Notes: generated by a model not told the origin, from the letters alone. Positions 44,246-59,565 are shown, counted from the stretch's first letter. The stretch: 64,000 bases of DNA from Octopus sinensis (GCF_006345805.1 NC_043007.1:21204001-21268000); one strand, 5' to 3'. Made by a program: numbers and translations.

Positions 44246-47200
44246 TAAGACTTGTTTAAGGATGTTGAAAGAACCACCCATGTTTCCAAAGGGGAATTAT
44301 TCAAACCCCAAAGAATCCTTCTCAACACATGGCTATGATGCTCCCTCACTACTTCTGCTCGTGATCAGAGATGCACACATCGCCAGCCACCAAGGGACAT
44401 GCTCAACTGGTTAAGGTCCAAACAACTGACAAGCAATCTGTGGTATTGAGCAGAATATTTGCTGTAGCCCATCTTTTATACCAAGACAAACCAATGTACA
44501 TGATAACACTTCAATCAGTTAAGATCAGAAGCCATGAGAGCCACTGCCTGGTACTGCATCAGGGCATTATTATTATTATATTATTATTATTATTATTATT
44601 ATCATTATTATTATTATTATTATTATTATTACCCTTAGGTGAATTCTAGAGGGATCACATTGCCATCCGATGTGTGACATGTTGCACCCATACAGGCAAT
44701 GTCAAGTTGATGTTCAGAATGAGCTAATGTACTGCACAAACGTTTGATCACTATAAACGAATCATATACTCTTACTCTTTTACTTGTTTCAGTCATTTGA
44801 CTGTGGCCATGCTGGAGCACCGCCTTTAGTCGAGCAAATCGACCCCCAGGACTTATTCTTTGTAAGCCTAGTACTTATTCTATCGGTCTCTTTTGCCGAA
44901 CCACTAAGTCAAGGGGACCTAAACACACCAGCATCGGTTGTCAAGTGATGTTGGGGGGACAAACATATACACACACACATACATCAATATACATATATAC
45001 AATGGGTTTCTTTCAGTTTCCGTCTGCCAAATCCACTCACAAGGCTTTGGTCGGCCCGAGGCTATAGTAGAAGACACTTGCCCAAGGTGCCATGCAGTGG
45101 GACTGAACCCGGAACCAAGTGGTTGGTAAGCAAGCTACTTACCACACAGCCACTCCTATGCCTATGTGCAAGAAATTGCAGAAATGTCTTTCTCAGAATC
45201 AAGAGATTACCAAGGACAAAATGAAGACTGTTAAAAGAATTATCACAACAATGGACAGGCGACGTTTGCTTGCCAATAACAATCGATTCATTATGATTAA
45301 ATATGCTTAGACACATTCTTACCAATAATCAATTAGTAACCAAAGAGGAAGAGAGGTAACTGAGAGTGAATTCCAGTCATGGTGAAATATTAATCTTGGA
45401 ACAAGAGCACTCGGAGAAACGCAATCCTCTGCCAAGGCAGCACCGATGTCTTCTCAATGATTTGTCGGAGATGGTTTTTAAAATGAGAATATATGAAATG
45501 GGCTTGACTACAAAAGGGGAAAAACTTGTGGGAAGAAGACTTTTCTTCGGGGAAACATGATGCGGTGCATCTGAAGGAAGCTGAGAGGGAGCTGCGAGGT
45601 TAAAGAAGAAAAGGCAGGGATCCAACTGAAGAGAGGGAGAAAAGACAGTCCGGGGTCAAGAATAATGAGGAAAAGTCACCGATGAGTGAATTGTTAGAGG
45701 TAAGGAGGGATTAAGTACAGTGAGAGAGAAAGAAAGAATGAAAGAAAGAAAGAAAGAATGAAAGAAAGAATGAAAGAAAGAATGAATTAAATAATGAATG
45801 AATGAAAGAACGAATGAAAAAAGAAAGAAAGGAAGAATGAAGAAATGAAAGAAAAAAGAAAGAATGAAAGAAAGAATGGGGAAAAGTCACCAATGGCCTA
45901 ATCACTATAGGCAAGAAGGGATTAAGTACAGTGAGAAAGAAAGAGAGAGTGAAAGAAAGAATGAATGAAAGAACAAATGAAAGAAAAAAAGAAAGAAAGG
46001 AAGAATGAGGAAAAGTCACCAATAGCCAATGTGCCATAGGAGCAAAGGCATTAAATACAGTAAGAAATTTATCAACAGTTCTATAATTTACATAAATAAA
46101 TACCTAAGTAGACAAGTGGATGAAATGAGAAATAAAGAAAGAAAACTAACAATAGAAGAAAGTTTTTAAAAAAACTTTTATATTTCGGATGCAAAGGTCT
46201 ATCTTCAGAAGAATGCAGTCGAAGAAATGCGGATTTACAGAGATCTTCTTTGAATGTATTCTTCTGAAGATGGGCTTTTGTGCCTGAAATGTTAAGATTT
46301 AAAAAAAAAATTTCTGCATTGTTAGAAGCTCTCGTTATTTGTCATTTCATTCATTTTCTGCTTTCGTACAGGAAAAAAGAAAAGAAAACTTAAAACTTGT
46401 ATTTCTATACTTTTATTAATATGTAGCAGAAGATTTAGCAGAAGCAACAAAATGACTCAAGGGCCGAGATTTTCTTGTGTTCAATTGATAAGTGCTAAAC
46501 GGGGTCGATAAATTAAGTACCAGTTGTATTCTGGGGTCAATCTAATCGACTGGCCCCTCCACAAAAATTATAGGCCTTTTGCCTAGGGGTCGATCTAATC
46601 GACTGGCCCTTCCACAAAAATTATAGGCCTTGTGCCTAGAGGAGAAAATAATATATTCAAATTATGCTGGGGCTGACTTTGCCTTTCATCCATTTTTGGC
46701 AGGGTGGTCGATAAATTAAGTACCAGTTGCATTCTGGGTCGATCTAATTGACTAGCCCCCTCCCAAAAAATTTTGGGCCTTTTGCCTCGAGGAGAAAAGA
46801 ATATATTCAAATTCTGCTGAGGTTGACTTTGCCTTTCATCCTTTTGGGGTTCGATAAATTAAGTACCAGTTGCATACTGAGGTCGATCTAATTGACTAGC
46901 CCCCTCCTCAAAAATTTCATACCTTGTGCTTAGAGTAGATAAGTTTCCTAAATGCTAACACATGAAACTCTCAGCCCTTCAGTCACTCTGCTGCTTCTAC
47001 TAAACATTAATGACTACATAGGTGTAGGCATACATGTGGCTGTGTGGTAAGAGGCATGGCACCTTAGGCAAGTGTCTTCTACTATAGCCTTGGGTTGACC
47101 AAAGCCTTGTGAGTGGATTTGGTAGACAGAAACTGAAAGACAGAAACTGAAAGACAGTGAATATGTTAACTTATAAGGCACTAAAAGAGAATGACTCTCC

Positions 47201-47447
47201 CCAGACACAACAGTATATATATATATATATATATATACACACTCTTTTACTTCTTTCAGTCATTTGACTGCGGCCATGCTGGAGCACCACCTTTAGTCGA
47301 GCAAATCGACCCCAGGATTTATTCTTTGTAAGCCTAGTACTTATTTTATCAGTTTCTTTTGCTGAACTGCTAAGTTACGGGGGCGTAAGCACACCAGCAT
47401 TGGTTGTCAAGCGATGTTGGGGCCAACAGACACAGACACACAAACAT

Positions 47448-47502
<55 letters not shown>

Positions 47503-48233
47503 TACAACGGGCTTCTTTCAGTTTCTGTCTACCAAATCCACTCACAAGGCTTTGGTTGGCCCGAGGCTATAGTAGAAGACACTTGCCTAAGGTGCCATGC
47601 AGTGGGACTTAACCCCGGAACCATGTGGTTTGTAAGCAAGCTACTTACCACACAACCACTCCTGCACCTATATATATCTATATATATATATATATACATA
47701 TCTGTCTATGTGTGTGCCTTTGTGTCTGTTAGGAAGAGGGGTTCTTTTTTCATGTTATAGAAGAGTGAATTTCATTTGAAGGACATGGGCCACTATATTT
47801 CAAATAGTCAGAGCAACTGCATGGAGACTCCCTTCTCATAATACTTACAACATTAAACTCGGCTACTTCCATCATACAACAGAGGTGACAGAGTCGGAAA
47901 ATGATAATACTAATTTATAAAACCCAGTAACCCAAACACCTTTTCAGAATTTGATCATCCACAATTCTCCTGACTAATTAGGTATGGCAATGCCACAGAT
48001 GTAATTTCTCATCCCTACCCTTTCACCACCCACCAACCTACCTACCTGTTTCTCACGTTGCACAAAGAAGGATTAATCAATAAAACAGCTTGGCGCAAAA
48101 ACACAAAGGTTATTATGGTCGAATTTGTTTTCTTCTGCAAATATTTGTGTCTCAACGAGTAATCGTTAGTGCTTGTGGAGTGTTCAATGGTTCTAGCCAA
48201 GGGAAAAGTTTCAGCTACGGCTATGTAATAATA

Positions 48234-48298
<65 letters not shown>

Positions 48299-48447
48299 GG
48301 TGGTGGTGGTGGTGGTGGTGGTGGTGGTGATGATGATAGTAATAATGTATCATTGTACAATCACACATATATAGATAAATATGTTTATACATGCATACAT
48401 ATGTATGTATGTATGTATGTATGTATATATGTATATGTATATATGCA

Positions 48448-48479
<32 letters not shown>

Positions 48480-48617
48480 CATATCACGTGATCACGTGAC
48501 GACCAGACCATCAGATGTTGCTACACATCGCTGGTCACAATGCGTTCGCATTGTTTTAGCCTTCGAATGATGCCACCCCACTGGCTAAGCGAGCAGGCCA
48601 ATATATATATATATAAT

Positions 48618-48659
<42 letters not shown>

Positions 48660-48684
48660 CATACATATAAATAATATACATATA

Positions 48685-49462
48685 CATACCTGGGACGAGG
48701 TGGTGAAGCACGACCTTCGAACTTAGGCCTCATGAGGAAATGACCAGAGACCGAGACCTTTGGAAATATCTGTACGTGAGAAGACCAGGCAGGACAAGTG
48801 GCCAGCCCACTTATGAATGCCTTCCTCCCTTGGACACAAAGACCGGTTGAGGCAAGCGAAGTCGATAAGAACCTCATCCGACGACAGACACCCATCCCAA
48901 CCCCCATGCTTGCGAAGACATGTTGGGGCAAGCGAAATCGAAATCGAAATCGAAACCGAATTGAACCAGCCAGGATCCCTGGCCTGGTGGTACGTAAAAA
49001 CACTATCCGACTCGGGGCCGTGGCAGTAAAATACTCCAATGCGACCGTACGACAGGCACCCTTGCCAACCCCCTTTGCTTGTGAAGACATTTGGGGCAAG
49101 CGAAATCGAAATCGAATTGAACCAGCCAGGATCCCTGGTCTGGTGGTACGTAAAAAGCACTATCCGACTCGTGGCCGATGCCAGCACCGCCTCGACTGGC
49201 TTCCGTGCCGGTGGCACATAAAATACACCAATTGACCGTGGCCGTGCCAGCCCCGCCTGGCACCTGTGCAGTGGCACGTAAAAAGCACCCACTACACTCA
49301 CGGAGTGGTTGGCGTTAGGAAGGGCATCCAGCTGTAGAAACATTGCCAAATTAGACTGGAGCCTGGTGCAGCCTTCTGGCTTCCCAGAACCCCGGTCGAA
49401 CCGTCCAACCCATGCTAGCATGGAGAACGGACGTTAAACGACGATGATGATGATGATGATGA
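48685..49462 (+). mobile_element. RTE-clade LINE 3' fragment (ORF end + modular 3'UTR + (GAT)n tail)
   Basis: Degraded TWDEVVKHDLRTLGL..EMTRDRDLWKY..REKTR, typical of an RTE C-terminus. The same 3'UTR occurs at approx. 1985-2145, 4390-4640, 6180-6380(-), 10400-10760, 13510-13860(-), 15850-16345, 17420-17900(-), 20160-20640(-), 20990-21200(-), 21560-21705(-), 22700-23100(-), 36880-37035, 50850-51320, 52960-53180(-), 60820-61105. Confidence 0.85.
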
Positions 49463-49730
49463 TACATACATATACACAGACACACACAATAAACGTACAT
49501 GTATATATATGTGTGTGTGTTTATATATATATACATATACATACATACATACATACATATATAAACATATAAAAGTACATATATATATATGTGTATGTAT
49601 ATATGTGCACACACACACACATATATATATAAACATATGTATGTATATATATATAAACAAATATAAGTACATATATGTATATATACATATGTATATATAT
49701 ATGTATGTAAATATTATATATATATAATAT

Positions 49731-49768
<38 letters not shown>

Positions 49769-51391
49769 TATATATATTATATGTATGTATGTATGTATAA
49801 TAAATGTATGTATGTTTATTGACAAAAGTAAGTGATCATTAACACAGTGAATTATATATGATTGACTTTCCAGCAAGAAAATAAAATCATTCGCTTCTTT
49901 TTGTTTTTTTCTTTTTGTTTTAATTTTTTTTTTTGTGCTTTTCTTGCCTCCATTCAATACTCTCTTCTTGGTATAGTTTATTGTTATCGGCTATTTTATG
50001 TATAGTTTACACCAGAGATTTCAAAATAAAATTAGGTAAAATAAATTAATGAATAGAGAAAGAAAGAAAGAAAACATGAGAAAAAGAAAAAAAGAAAGAA
50101 AGAAAGAAAGACAGAAAGAATGAAAGAGCGAAAGAAACAAAGAAGTGTTATAGTTTCTTAAAACTCTTTAAATAATGGCCAGATTTACTATTTTACTCTT
50201 TTACTTGTTTCAGTCATGTGACTGTGGCCATGCTGGAGTACTGACTTTAGACGAGCAAGTTGACCCCAGGACTTATTCTTTGTAAGCCTAGTACTTATTC
50301 TATTGATTTCTATTTTGCCGAACTGCTAAGTTACTAGGATGTAAACACACCGACATTGGTTGCCAAGCAATGTTGCAGGGGGGGGGGGAACAAACACAGA
50401 CACATAAACATATACACACACATCCATATATATATACATATATACGATGGGCTTCTTTCAGTTTCCATCTACCAAATCCACTCACAAGGCTTTGGTTGGC
50501 CCGAGGCTATGGTAGAAGACAATTGCCCTAGGTGCCACGCAGTGGGACAGAACCTGGAACTGTGTGGTTCGTAAGCAAGTTACTTAACACACAGCCACTC
50601 CTATGCCCATTTGCTCATAATTTATTTTTTTCAAGACAAAATTTCTTAATTTTGTTCTGGATGTGGACTGTGTGGTAAGGAGCTTCCTTCTTCATCACAT
50701 GGTTCCGGGTTCAGTCCCACTGCGTGGCACCTTGGCGAGTGTCTTCTACTATAGCCTCGGGCTGACCAAAGCCTTGTGAGTGAATTTGGTAGATGGAAAC
50801 TGAAAGAAGCCCATTGCGTGTGTGTATATATATATATATATATTATAAGACCTCTGAGATATGCTGTGACTGTGAAGTCCCGACAAAAGAAGTGAGTTCA
50901 TGGCTCGCAGGACAGCCTGGTGTGCTAACCTTGGATCGTAGAGTGACCTGCTGTTCTTGAGGAGACCTATTGAGTCAAGTACATCAACACCAACATCAAA
51001 ATAGCAATCAAATGGAAATTGTAATTAAGATACCCGTGCTGGTGACACATAAAAAGCACCGTCCGAACGTGGCAGATGCCAGTGCCGCCTGACTGGCATC
51101 CGTGTCAGTGACACGCAAAAGCACCAACCGATCATGGCCTCATGCCAGCATCCTCTGGCCTCTGTGCCAGTGGCACGTGAAAAGCACCTACTACATTCAT
51201 GGAGTGGTTGGCGTTAGGAAGGGCATCCAGCTGTAGAAACACTGCCAGATCAGACTGGAGCCTGGTGCATCCTCCTGGCTTCCCAGAACCCAGTTGAACT
51301 GTCCAACCCATGCTAGCATGGTGTTGGTGTGTTTACGTACCCCTAATTAAGTGGTTTGGCAAAAGGGACTGATATCATAAGTATGTATATA

Positions 51392-51441
<50 letters not shown>

Positions 51442-51514
51442 GCAATTAAGGACAACTACTTAATAAGGAAAACTTAACAAGAAATTGTCAGGTATTACGA
51501 AATTTTTTCGAAAT

Positions 51515-51545
<31 letters not shown>

Positions 51546-52650
51546 TACATACATATGTGTGTATATATATACATATACACATGTATGTGTGTGTGTGTGA
51601 GTGTGTGTTTGAGTGTGTGCATGTGTATGTGTATGTATTTATATGCAATGTGCTCCCATATACTTTCGGCCACTAAATTCCCTCACATAACAATAGTTGG
51701 CCAGAGGCTACAGTAGAAGACACTTGCCTATGGTGGTGTGCCATGGGACTGAACCTGAAACCACAAGGATATCAAACAATCTTCTTAACCACACAGCCAT
51801 GGCTGTACTCAATACGAACCAAAAAAAAAAAACACACCCCAAAAAACAAAAGGAAAACAAAAAGAAAACCGTGTCTCCTTTCTTAAAGATTCTCAGTCTA
51901 ATGGACATTGATCTACCATTGTCAAGATCTGTCTGGTTGCAGTCGCATGAGCCACAAACTCTTCACATTAAAAGAATTTGTAGAAAGACATCCATTAGAA
52001 TGATACGCATAACTTAATTCTAACCGAGTGCCAATCAATTAATTAATCAATACTTATAAATAATTCTGGTTAGTTATCAGCTGAAATAGAAACCCACAAT
52101 AAACTACTAATTCTGTTGGTTTCTTTTGATTACGCATATTCTCAAATTTCATTGCAGAATAAACTCAGTCCCCAGTATATTACGGATATTTAGTATCTAA
52201 AAGCAATCAGCTGGCAAAATTGTAAACATGCCTGATGAAATGCTTTGTTACGTTTGTTCTGTCTTTACGTTCTGAGTTCAAATTCCACCGAGGTTGACTT
52301 TTGCCTTTTATCGTTTTGAGGTTGATAAAATAAGTATCAGTTATGCACTGGGGTTAATGTCATTGACTAACTGTGTTTCTTACTCAATGTGAATACCCTT
52401 TTACTCTTTTACTTGTTTCAGTCATTTGACTGTGGCCATGCTGGAGCACCGCCTTTAGTCGATCGAGAAAAAATCGACCCCAGGACTTATTCTTTGTAAG
52501 CCTAGTACTTATTCTATTGGTCTCTTTTGCCGAACTGCTAAGTTACAGGGACGTAAACACACCAGCATCGGTTGTCAAGCGATGTTGGGGGGACAAACAC
52601 AGTTCCACAAACATATACACACATACATATATTATATATAAATATATATG

Positions 52651-52725
<75 letters not shown>

Positions 52726-53814
52726 TGTGTGTGTATGTGTTTGTGTGTCTATGTTTGTCCCCCCAACATCGCTTGACAACCGATGCTGGTGTGTTTACGT
52801 CCCTGTAACTTAGCAGTTCGGCAAAAGAGACCAATAGAATAAGTACTAGGCTTACAAAGAATAAGTCCTGGGGCTGATTTGCTCGACTAAAGGTGGTGCT
52901 CAAACATGGCCACAGTCACATGACTCAAACAAGTAAAAGAGTATATATTTTTCTTCATCATCATCATTTAACGTCCGCTCTCCATGCTGGCATGGGTGAA
53001 ACGGTTTCACTGGAACTAGTAAGCCAGAGAGCTGTACCAAGTTCCAGTTTGATTTGGCTTGATTTCTATGCCTGGGTGCTCTTCCTAAAGCCAACCAACC
53101 ACTCCAAGAGTGTAGTGAGTGCCTTTTACATGTCACTGGCACCGGCCAAGACTACGATTTCACTTGGCTTGATGAGTCCTCCCAGGCACAGCAAATTGCC
53201 AAAGGTTTTGAGAACTTGCCCTTGCCACTGTGAGACCCATCTTTAATAATTTTGAGTACCTTGTGGGTTGTGTGGCTTCTTTAACTTATGCTTAACCATT
53301 TAGCATTTAAACTGACCATATCCACCCTGAATATTCTACCTGTTTTATGGTCCAACCAACCAACCAACCAACCAACCAACCAGATCTGGCCTTTCACGCC
53401 TATCCTGTAATGCTATTCTAAAAATAAACAATAACGTCTTCAAAGTCTCAAAGCTATGAGATAATACTTGATTAATTTAAAAGTGGGAATAAACAAGAAT
53501 CATACTTAAGAGAGTAATCTAAGTGCTAAAGGGTTAAATTTCCATACCTGAGTTTTGAGAGAAGAGAGTATTAGAGTGATCTGATTAAAAAAATCTTTGA
53601 CCTCGATGATAAGCCAGAAAATAAGGTTGATAAATGACTTATGGCTATGGATGTTTATATGGGGCTTAAAGTTCAATCAATACCATGCTAGTCAAACTGT
53701 CACCAATGGGAGACATTTGAATTATGAAGAAAATGTTTTCTTATAAATAGTAATAAAACCATCAATTTTTGACCAGTTGTTTTTATTATTAATAGATAGA
53801 TAGACAGATAGGCA

Positions 53815-53894
<80 letters not shown>

Positions 53895-55039
53895 TCAACT
53901 TCTGTGTCTGTGTGTGTATCTGTATCTGTGTCTGTGTGTTTAACTTCCCGGCACATCTCCTCTTAGCCAACAAATTGTAGAACCACCAAAAATGGGTCAC
54001 TTAAAGTTTAGGCGAATGAAACAAACAAACAAACAAAACAAAACAAGTACTGAATTGATCTGTTCCACTAACCCCTCCACCGTGGTGGTCCAGCATGGCC
54101 AGCTGCAGTCCAATGGCTGAAACAAATAAAACATAAAAGAAAAAGGTAACCTGATCTGCATTATCCAATGTATTCCTTCTTTTTTTAAAGCAGCAGGGTA
54201 TAATCTTATGGAGATTTAGCTGCCATTTCTAACAAATCAAGAGACCACACAGAGGCTCTCTTTCATTGGCTCATGGGGTTGCAGGAGTGATTTTGGGGGT
54301 AGTCTTAGGTGTGTACGTCTGGATGTTTGCGGAGTTATTTGTATAAACATCTTTCAAAACTCCACCAAAGCATGTAACCCCATATGAGCTTTTGTGACCT
54401 GGAAACATTTCTGTTGGCAAAAGTGTTTCATGTGAAACCGTAGGTCAGAGATTTCCAATTCAATTTAATCTATTGTTATTGTACATAAAATACAAAAAAA
54501 AAACAAAAAGCCCCTCAAAACACAGGGGAAACTGCTGAAGTTGCAGAGGATCGGCAAATACAGGCAACAATGAAAAAATCAATGTTAATCAAATAACCAA
54601 AATAACAAACAGCCGTTGATATACAATACAACAGCAAACATTCCAGTATATGAAAACAGACTTAACATTTTATAGTAAATTTGTATGCTTAAAACATATT
54701 TATTCTCGCTGTAGAATAATAATAACCGACAAATATTTATTTTCACAACCAGTTACGTGACCAGAAATATAGTCATCAGTTTCAGGAAAGTTTAGTTGCT
54801 CTTCATATACTTCACATGACTAACAGAAGATAGTAGTGTAAAGCCGATGTTCGCTGGTAAATGGATTTTATTTTGCAGTTATGTGAGATTAAAGTATTTT
54901 TCAAACATAATAAATATGTTATAAACATAAAAATAATAGACTTTTGTATATATACAGAACTGCTCAATAATCTTACTATATGGCAGTATTCCAATTAATA
55001 TGAATGCAACAGTTGAATATAACAACGACAACAACAACA

Positions 55040-55427
55040 ACAACAAAGAAGAAGAAAAAATGCTTTCTAATTGATGTATTAATACCAGCAGATAACAACA
55101 TGTCTCTAAAAGAAATGGAGAAACTTTCAAAATACAAAGACCTGGAAATAGAGGTAACTCGAATGTGGAATCTAAGAACAGAAATAATTCCTATCATAGT
55201 AGGTGCATTAGGTATGATAAAAAAAATATTCAGATAAATACATAACAAAAACACCAGGACTTACAAATATATATAACATACAGAAAATTGCAATACTGGG
55301 CACTGCACACAACCTACACTTTCAATACAGTAACCATCAGAGCATCGCAGCAAATCACAGCACATACCTAAGGCACACAGAGCTGCACTCGGTAGTGAAG
55401 TGAAAGCACGCTATAAAAATAAAACTA

Positions 55428-55458
<31 letters not shown>

Positions 55459-55650
55459 CCAAAAACATGTAATGAAAAACATAACAAAAACACCAGGCCT
55501 TACAAACACATATAACATACAGAAAATTGCACTACTGGGCACTGCACACATCCTACGCAAAACATTTTCCATACAATAACCTTCAGAGCATCACAACAAA
55601 TCACAGCACATACCCAAGGCACACAGAGCTGCACTCGGTAGTGAAGTGAA
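55040..55650 (+). mobile_element. R4/Dong-type (restriction-like endonuclease) LINE 3' end with a tandem partial copy
   Basis: CFLIDVLIPADNNMSLKEMEKLSKYKDLEIEVTRMW..IIPIIVGALG, followed by (AAT)n and a repeat of the last 190 bp. Confidence 0.85.
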
Positions 55651-56107
55651 ATATCTCAGGCTTCTTGGTAATGTTATAGAAAAGAGTTATGTATTAAGTG
55701 TACTGTGTGGTCAGAACTAACTTCTAGTAAGTGAGTAACAGAAAGTTTAGATAGCTTTGCCAGCTTTTATGTTTGTCTCGATTATGTCATCTCTGACCTT
55801 CGCGATGACGATGATGACGATGATGGTTTCACCTGTGCTTAGATGGAAATATATATGTGTGTATGTGTGTGTATGTGCATGCGCATGTGTGTATATATAT
55901 ATATATTTACATTATATGTATATATATTAATTATATATATATTTATATTTATATGATATATATAATATATATATGTATATATAATACACATACTCATATG
56001 TATAATATATATGTAAGTATGTATGCATGTATGTATGTATGCTGTATGTGCATATATAAAACATATTATATATATACATAATATATATATATAAATAATA
56101 TATACAT

Positions 56108-56165
<58 letters not shown>

Positions 56166-56166
56166 A

Positions 56167-56198
<32 letters not shown>

Positions 56199-56220
56199 CA
56201 TATATATATATACATATATG

Positions 56221-56292
<72 letters not shown>

Positions 56293-56750
56293 ATAATATT
56301 TATAACACTCACACACACACACATCTCTAATTGACGACACTGATTATTACTGTTAGAATAACTGGTGACGAGAGTCCAAGTGATGGTTGCTGTCATTCTC
56401 TCATCGGTCACGATGATGGCTTTTAGTAACCATTTCAGGTTTCGTTTGATATCCATCTTTTTCCCATCAATACAAAGATTCAATTTGATAAGGCTTTCGG
56501 TTTCCATCACCCTCCACACACACCACACCACACCACACCACACCACGCCACACCACTGCACAAATGGACATTAATGTAATTAATGCAAATGGAAGATAAC
56601 ATCGAAGCTATTGAAACGCCGTGAAGTAGTTGCGGGGGTGGACGTGAGTGTTTGGGAAGGCGTAATTAGGCCATAACTGAAAGGAAGTGCTGGGTTTGCA
56701 ATGAGGAGATAACACAAGGTTGAAATAAAAGAGACAAAGTGCTATTATAA

Positions 56751-57140
56751 ACTAGCAGTATCGCCTGGCGTTGCTCGGGTTTGTAAGGGAAATAACTATA
56801 TAAGCATTTTTAGAGAGTTATAGCCAAAAAATAGCAAAAAAATGCATTAAAAATGGAAAAAAAATGATGGTAAATTTTTTTAAAAATCGTTGACTCATCG
56901 TAGACATTTTTAGAGAGTTACTTCCCTTATATAATAGCGAAAAAATTCATTAAAATGGAAAAAAATGATGGTAAATTATTTTTTAAATCGTAGACTCATC
57001 GTAGATGCGCGCTAATACCCAGAAGGGCTCGATATGAATCACGACTATAAGATAGTTAAAATGCACCGCAAAATGTGGGAGTAGTTAGGAATCTAAATCA
57101 TAGGAGACAGACACACAACCTTACTTTTATATATAAAGAT
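56751..57140 (-). mobile_element. Non-autonomous Helitron-like element with an internal duplication of about 100 bp
   Basis: Terminus actagcagtatcgcctggcgttgctcggg is shared with 26847; the other end is tatatataaagat. Confidence 0.7.
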
Positions 57141-57295
57141 GTCTGTCTCTGGTGCAAAGGATGCGGCAGATTTTGTGTAGAGAAGAAGGGATATAGGGAA
57201 TCTGACGAATAACAGTCCGCAACTTGTATTTATTTTATCGGGGCCTTGGAAGAATGAAAAACAACATTAAACCCGAGCTAAAGTTTTCAATTCAG

Positions 57296-57637
57296 ATGGA
57301 GGTAAGGAGACATAACTGAGTACCATGGGATATTTTGTTGTTTCTGTGATATATATATACATTTTAATAAAGTTGCAAAACTATCCCGGAACTGTTTCAT
57401 GTTCTTGATCATCAGACAGTTGTGATGGAAACTGAATTAAGATTATACAGTTCTATACTTAAGAGATGAAGAATTATTTACCTTATTTACATTATTTACA
57501 TTATTTACATTTGACAGATATTTGTCCTCATCTTGTTTGTTGTTAACATGATGTTTCGGCTAATATACCCTCCAGCCTTTTTCAGATATCTCGGGGAAAT
57601 TTCAAACCTGGGTTCTCATTCCTAAGGTATTTTTCGA

Positions 57638-57689
<52 letters not shown>

Positions 57690-57780
57690 GTTGTTGTTCA
57701 GGTCACTGCTTGGAATTGAACTTAGAATCTTAATCACTAACCCATATGCCCACAGGCATAGCAGTTAATCACTACTCAAT

Positions 57781-57816
<36 letters not shown>

Positions 57817-59565
57817 TGATAATAATGATAATAATGATAATAATGATGATAATAATAATAATAATAATAATAATGACAACAACATCGAAAAATACCTTAG
57901 GAATGAGAACCCAGGTTTGAAATTTCCCCAGCACACCTGATGAAGGCTGGAGGGTATATCAGCCGAAACATGTTAACAACAAACAAGATGAGGACAAATA
58001 TCTGAATTAAGATTGTTCAGGTACATAATATAATGTGGTCATCACATCATATATGCTAACGAGAAAAATATATATAAGTAAATCAATTATTGACTAGTTC
58101 ATTGGGAACGGGTGTTGCCTTGTAACTTTTTAAAAGAAATTTTTGCATATAGATGCAGGAGTGGTTGTGTGGTAAGTAGCTTGCTTACCAACCACATGGT
58201 TCTGGGTTCAGTCCCACTGCATGGCACCTTGGGCAAGTGTCTTCTACTATAGCCTCGGGCTGACTAAAGCCTTGTGAATGGATTTGGTAGACAGAAACTG
58301 AAAGAAGCCCATCGTATATATGTATATATATGTGTATGTGTGTGTGTGTCTGTGTTTGTGTGTCTGTGTTTGTCCCCCCCAACATTGCTTGATAACCGAT
58401 GCTGGTGTGTTTATGTCCCTGTAACTTAGTGGTTCGGCAAAAGAGTCCGATAGAATAAGCACTAGGCTTACAAAGAATAAGTCCTGGGGTCGATTTGCTC
58501 GACTAAAGGCGGTGCTCCTGCATGGCCACAGTCAAATGACTGAAACAAGTAAAAGAGTAAAGAGAGAGAGACTATGATGTGTGTGTGTGTGTGTGTGAGT
58601 GTGCGTGCGTATGTGCCTGCATGTGTATGTATGTGTGTGCATGCTAATTTCTATAATTTCTCATGTAATGAAGAGGTTTTGCTGATTATATCTGATAATA
58701 TATCCGTATTGTCAATGCAGAAATAAGGAAATATGTCAATATGTCAATCTCCTGAAATGTCAACTTCAAAAGATCCATTGTTGTTGGACTAATTTATGCA
58801 AAGGATGTAACTAAACATGCTATTTCTCATGTAATACGCTTTTAGAAATACAACAGATTGGGTAGTGATATACTCATAGAATCATACACACATATACACA
58901 CACACAAACAATCACATACATATACACTTAAGCATTAGATTATGTACCAACAAATCTCTCTCTATATAAAGCTGAAGTTGTCTGTGTATGGCAGGTTTGG
59001 TAGCCTTCAACTAACACTATCTCCTCCGAGACCCTGCAGCGCAAGTTGACCAAAATTGAGAGTATGATAGAAGAAGGCTTGCTCTTCATTCCGTGGAATA
59101 TAAAATTCAAATCGGACCATGTAAACACCAAAAATTATTTACATCAAAAAGGTGCTTTTTTTCTATGAAAATCACTATTTTTTATGCTGTGTCGCCATAC
59201 ATACATACATACTTGTCAGATTACAAGTTCAGGTTTATACCTATAATTATTGGGGTACTGGTATATGTAATACACTGTCTAAATACCAATCTTGAGGAAT
59301 TACACTTTTCAAAACCAGAAAGGAGAAAACTGATTTGAAGACTACAGAGTCAAACCAACACCGGAACTGTAAAAATCTAAAACTTTCCAGAAGTTTATCA
59401 TCTACCACAATAATACTCTTGTGTTTTTCTCCATCACAACATATGAATGAGAAAGAAAGGGGTGATAGATGGATAAGGAAGGAAGGTGTGATGGCAAACT
59501 GGTTGTGGGAACATTTCAACTCTGTGTAAGTATATGTGTGTGTATGTAAATGGGAGGTATGTGAA

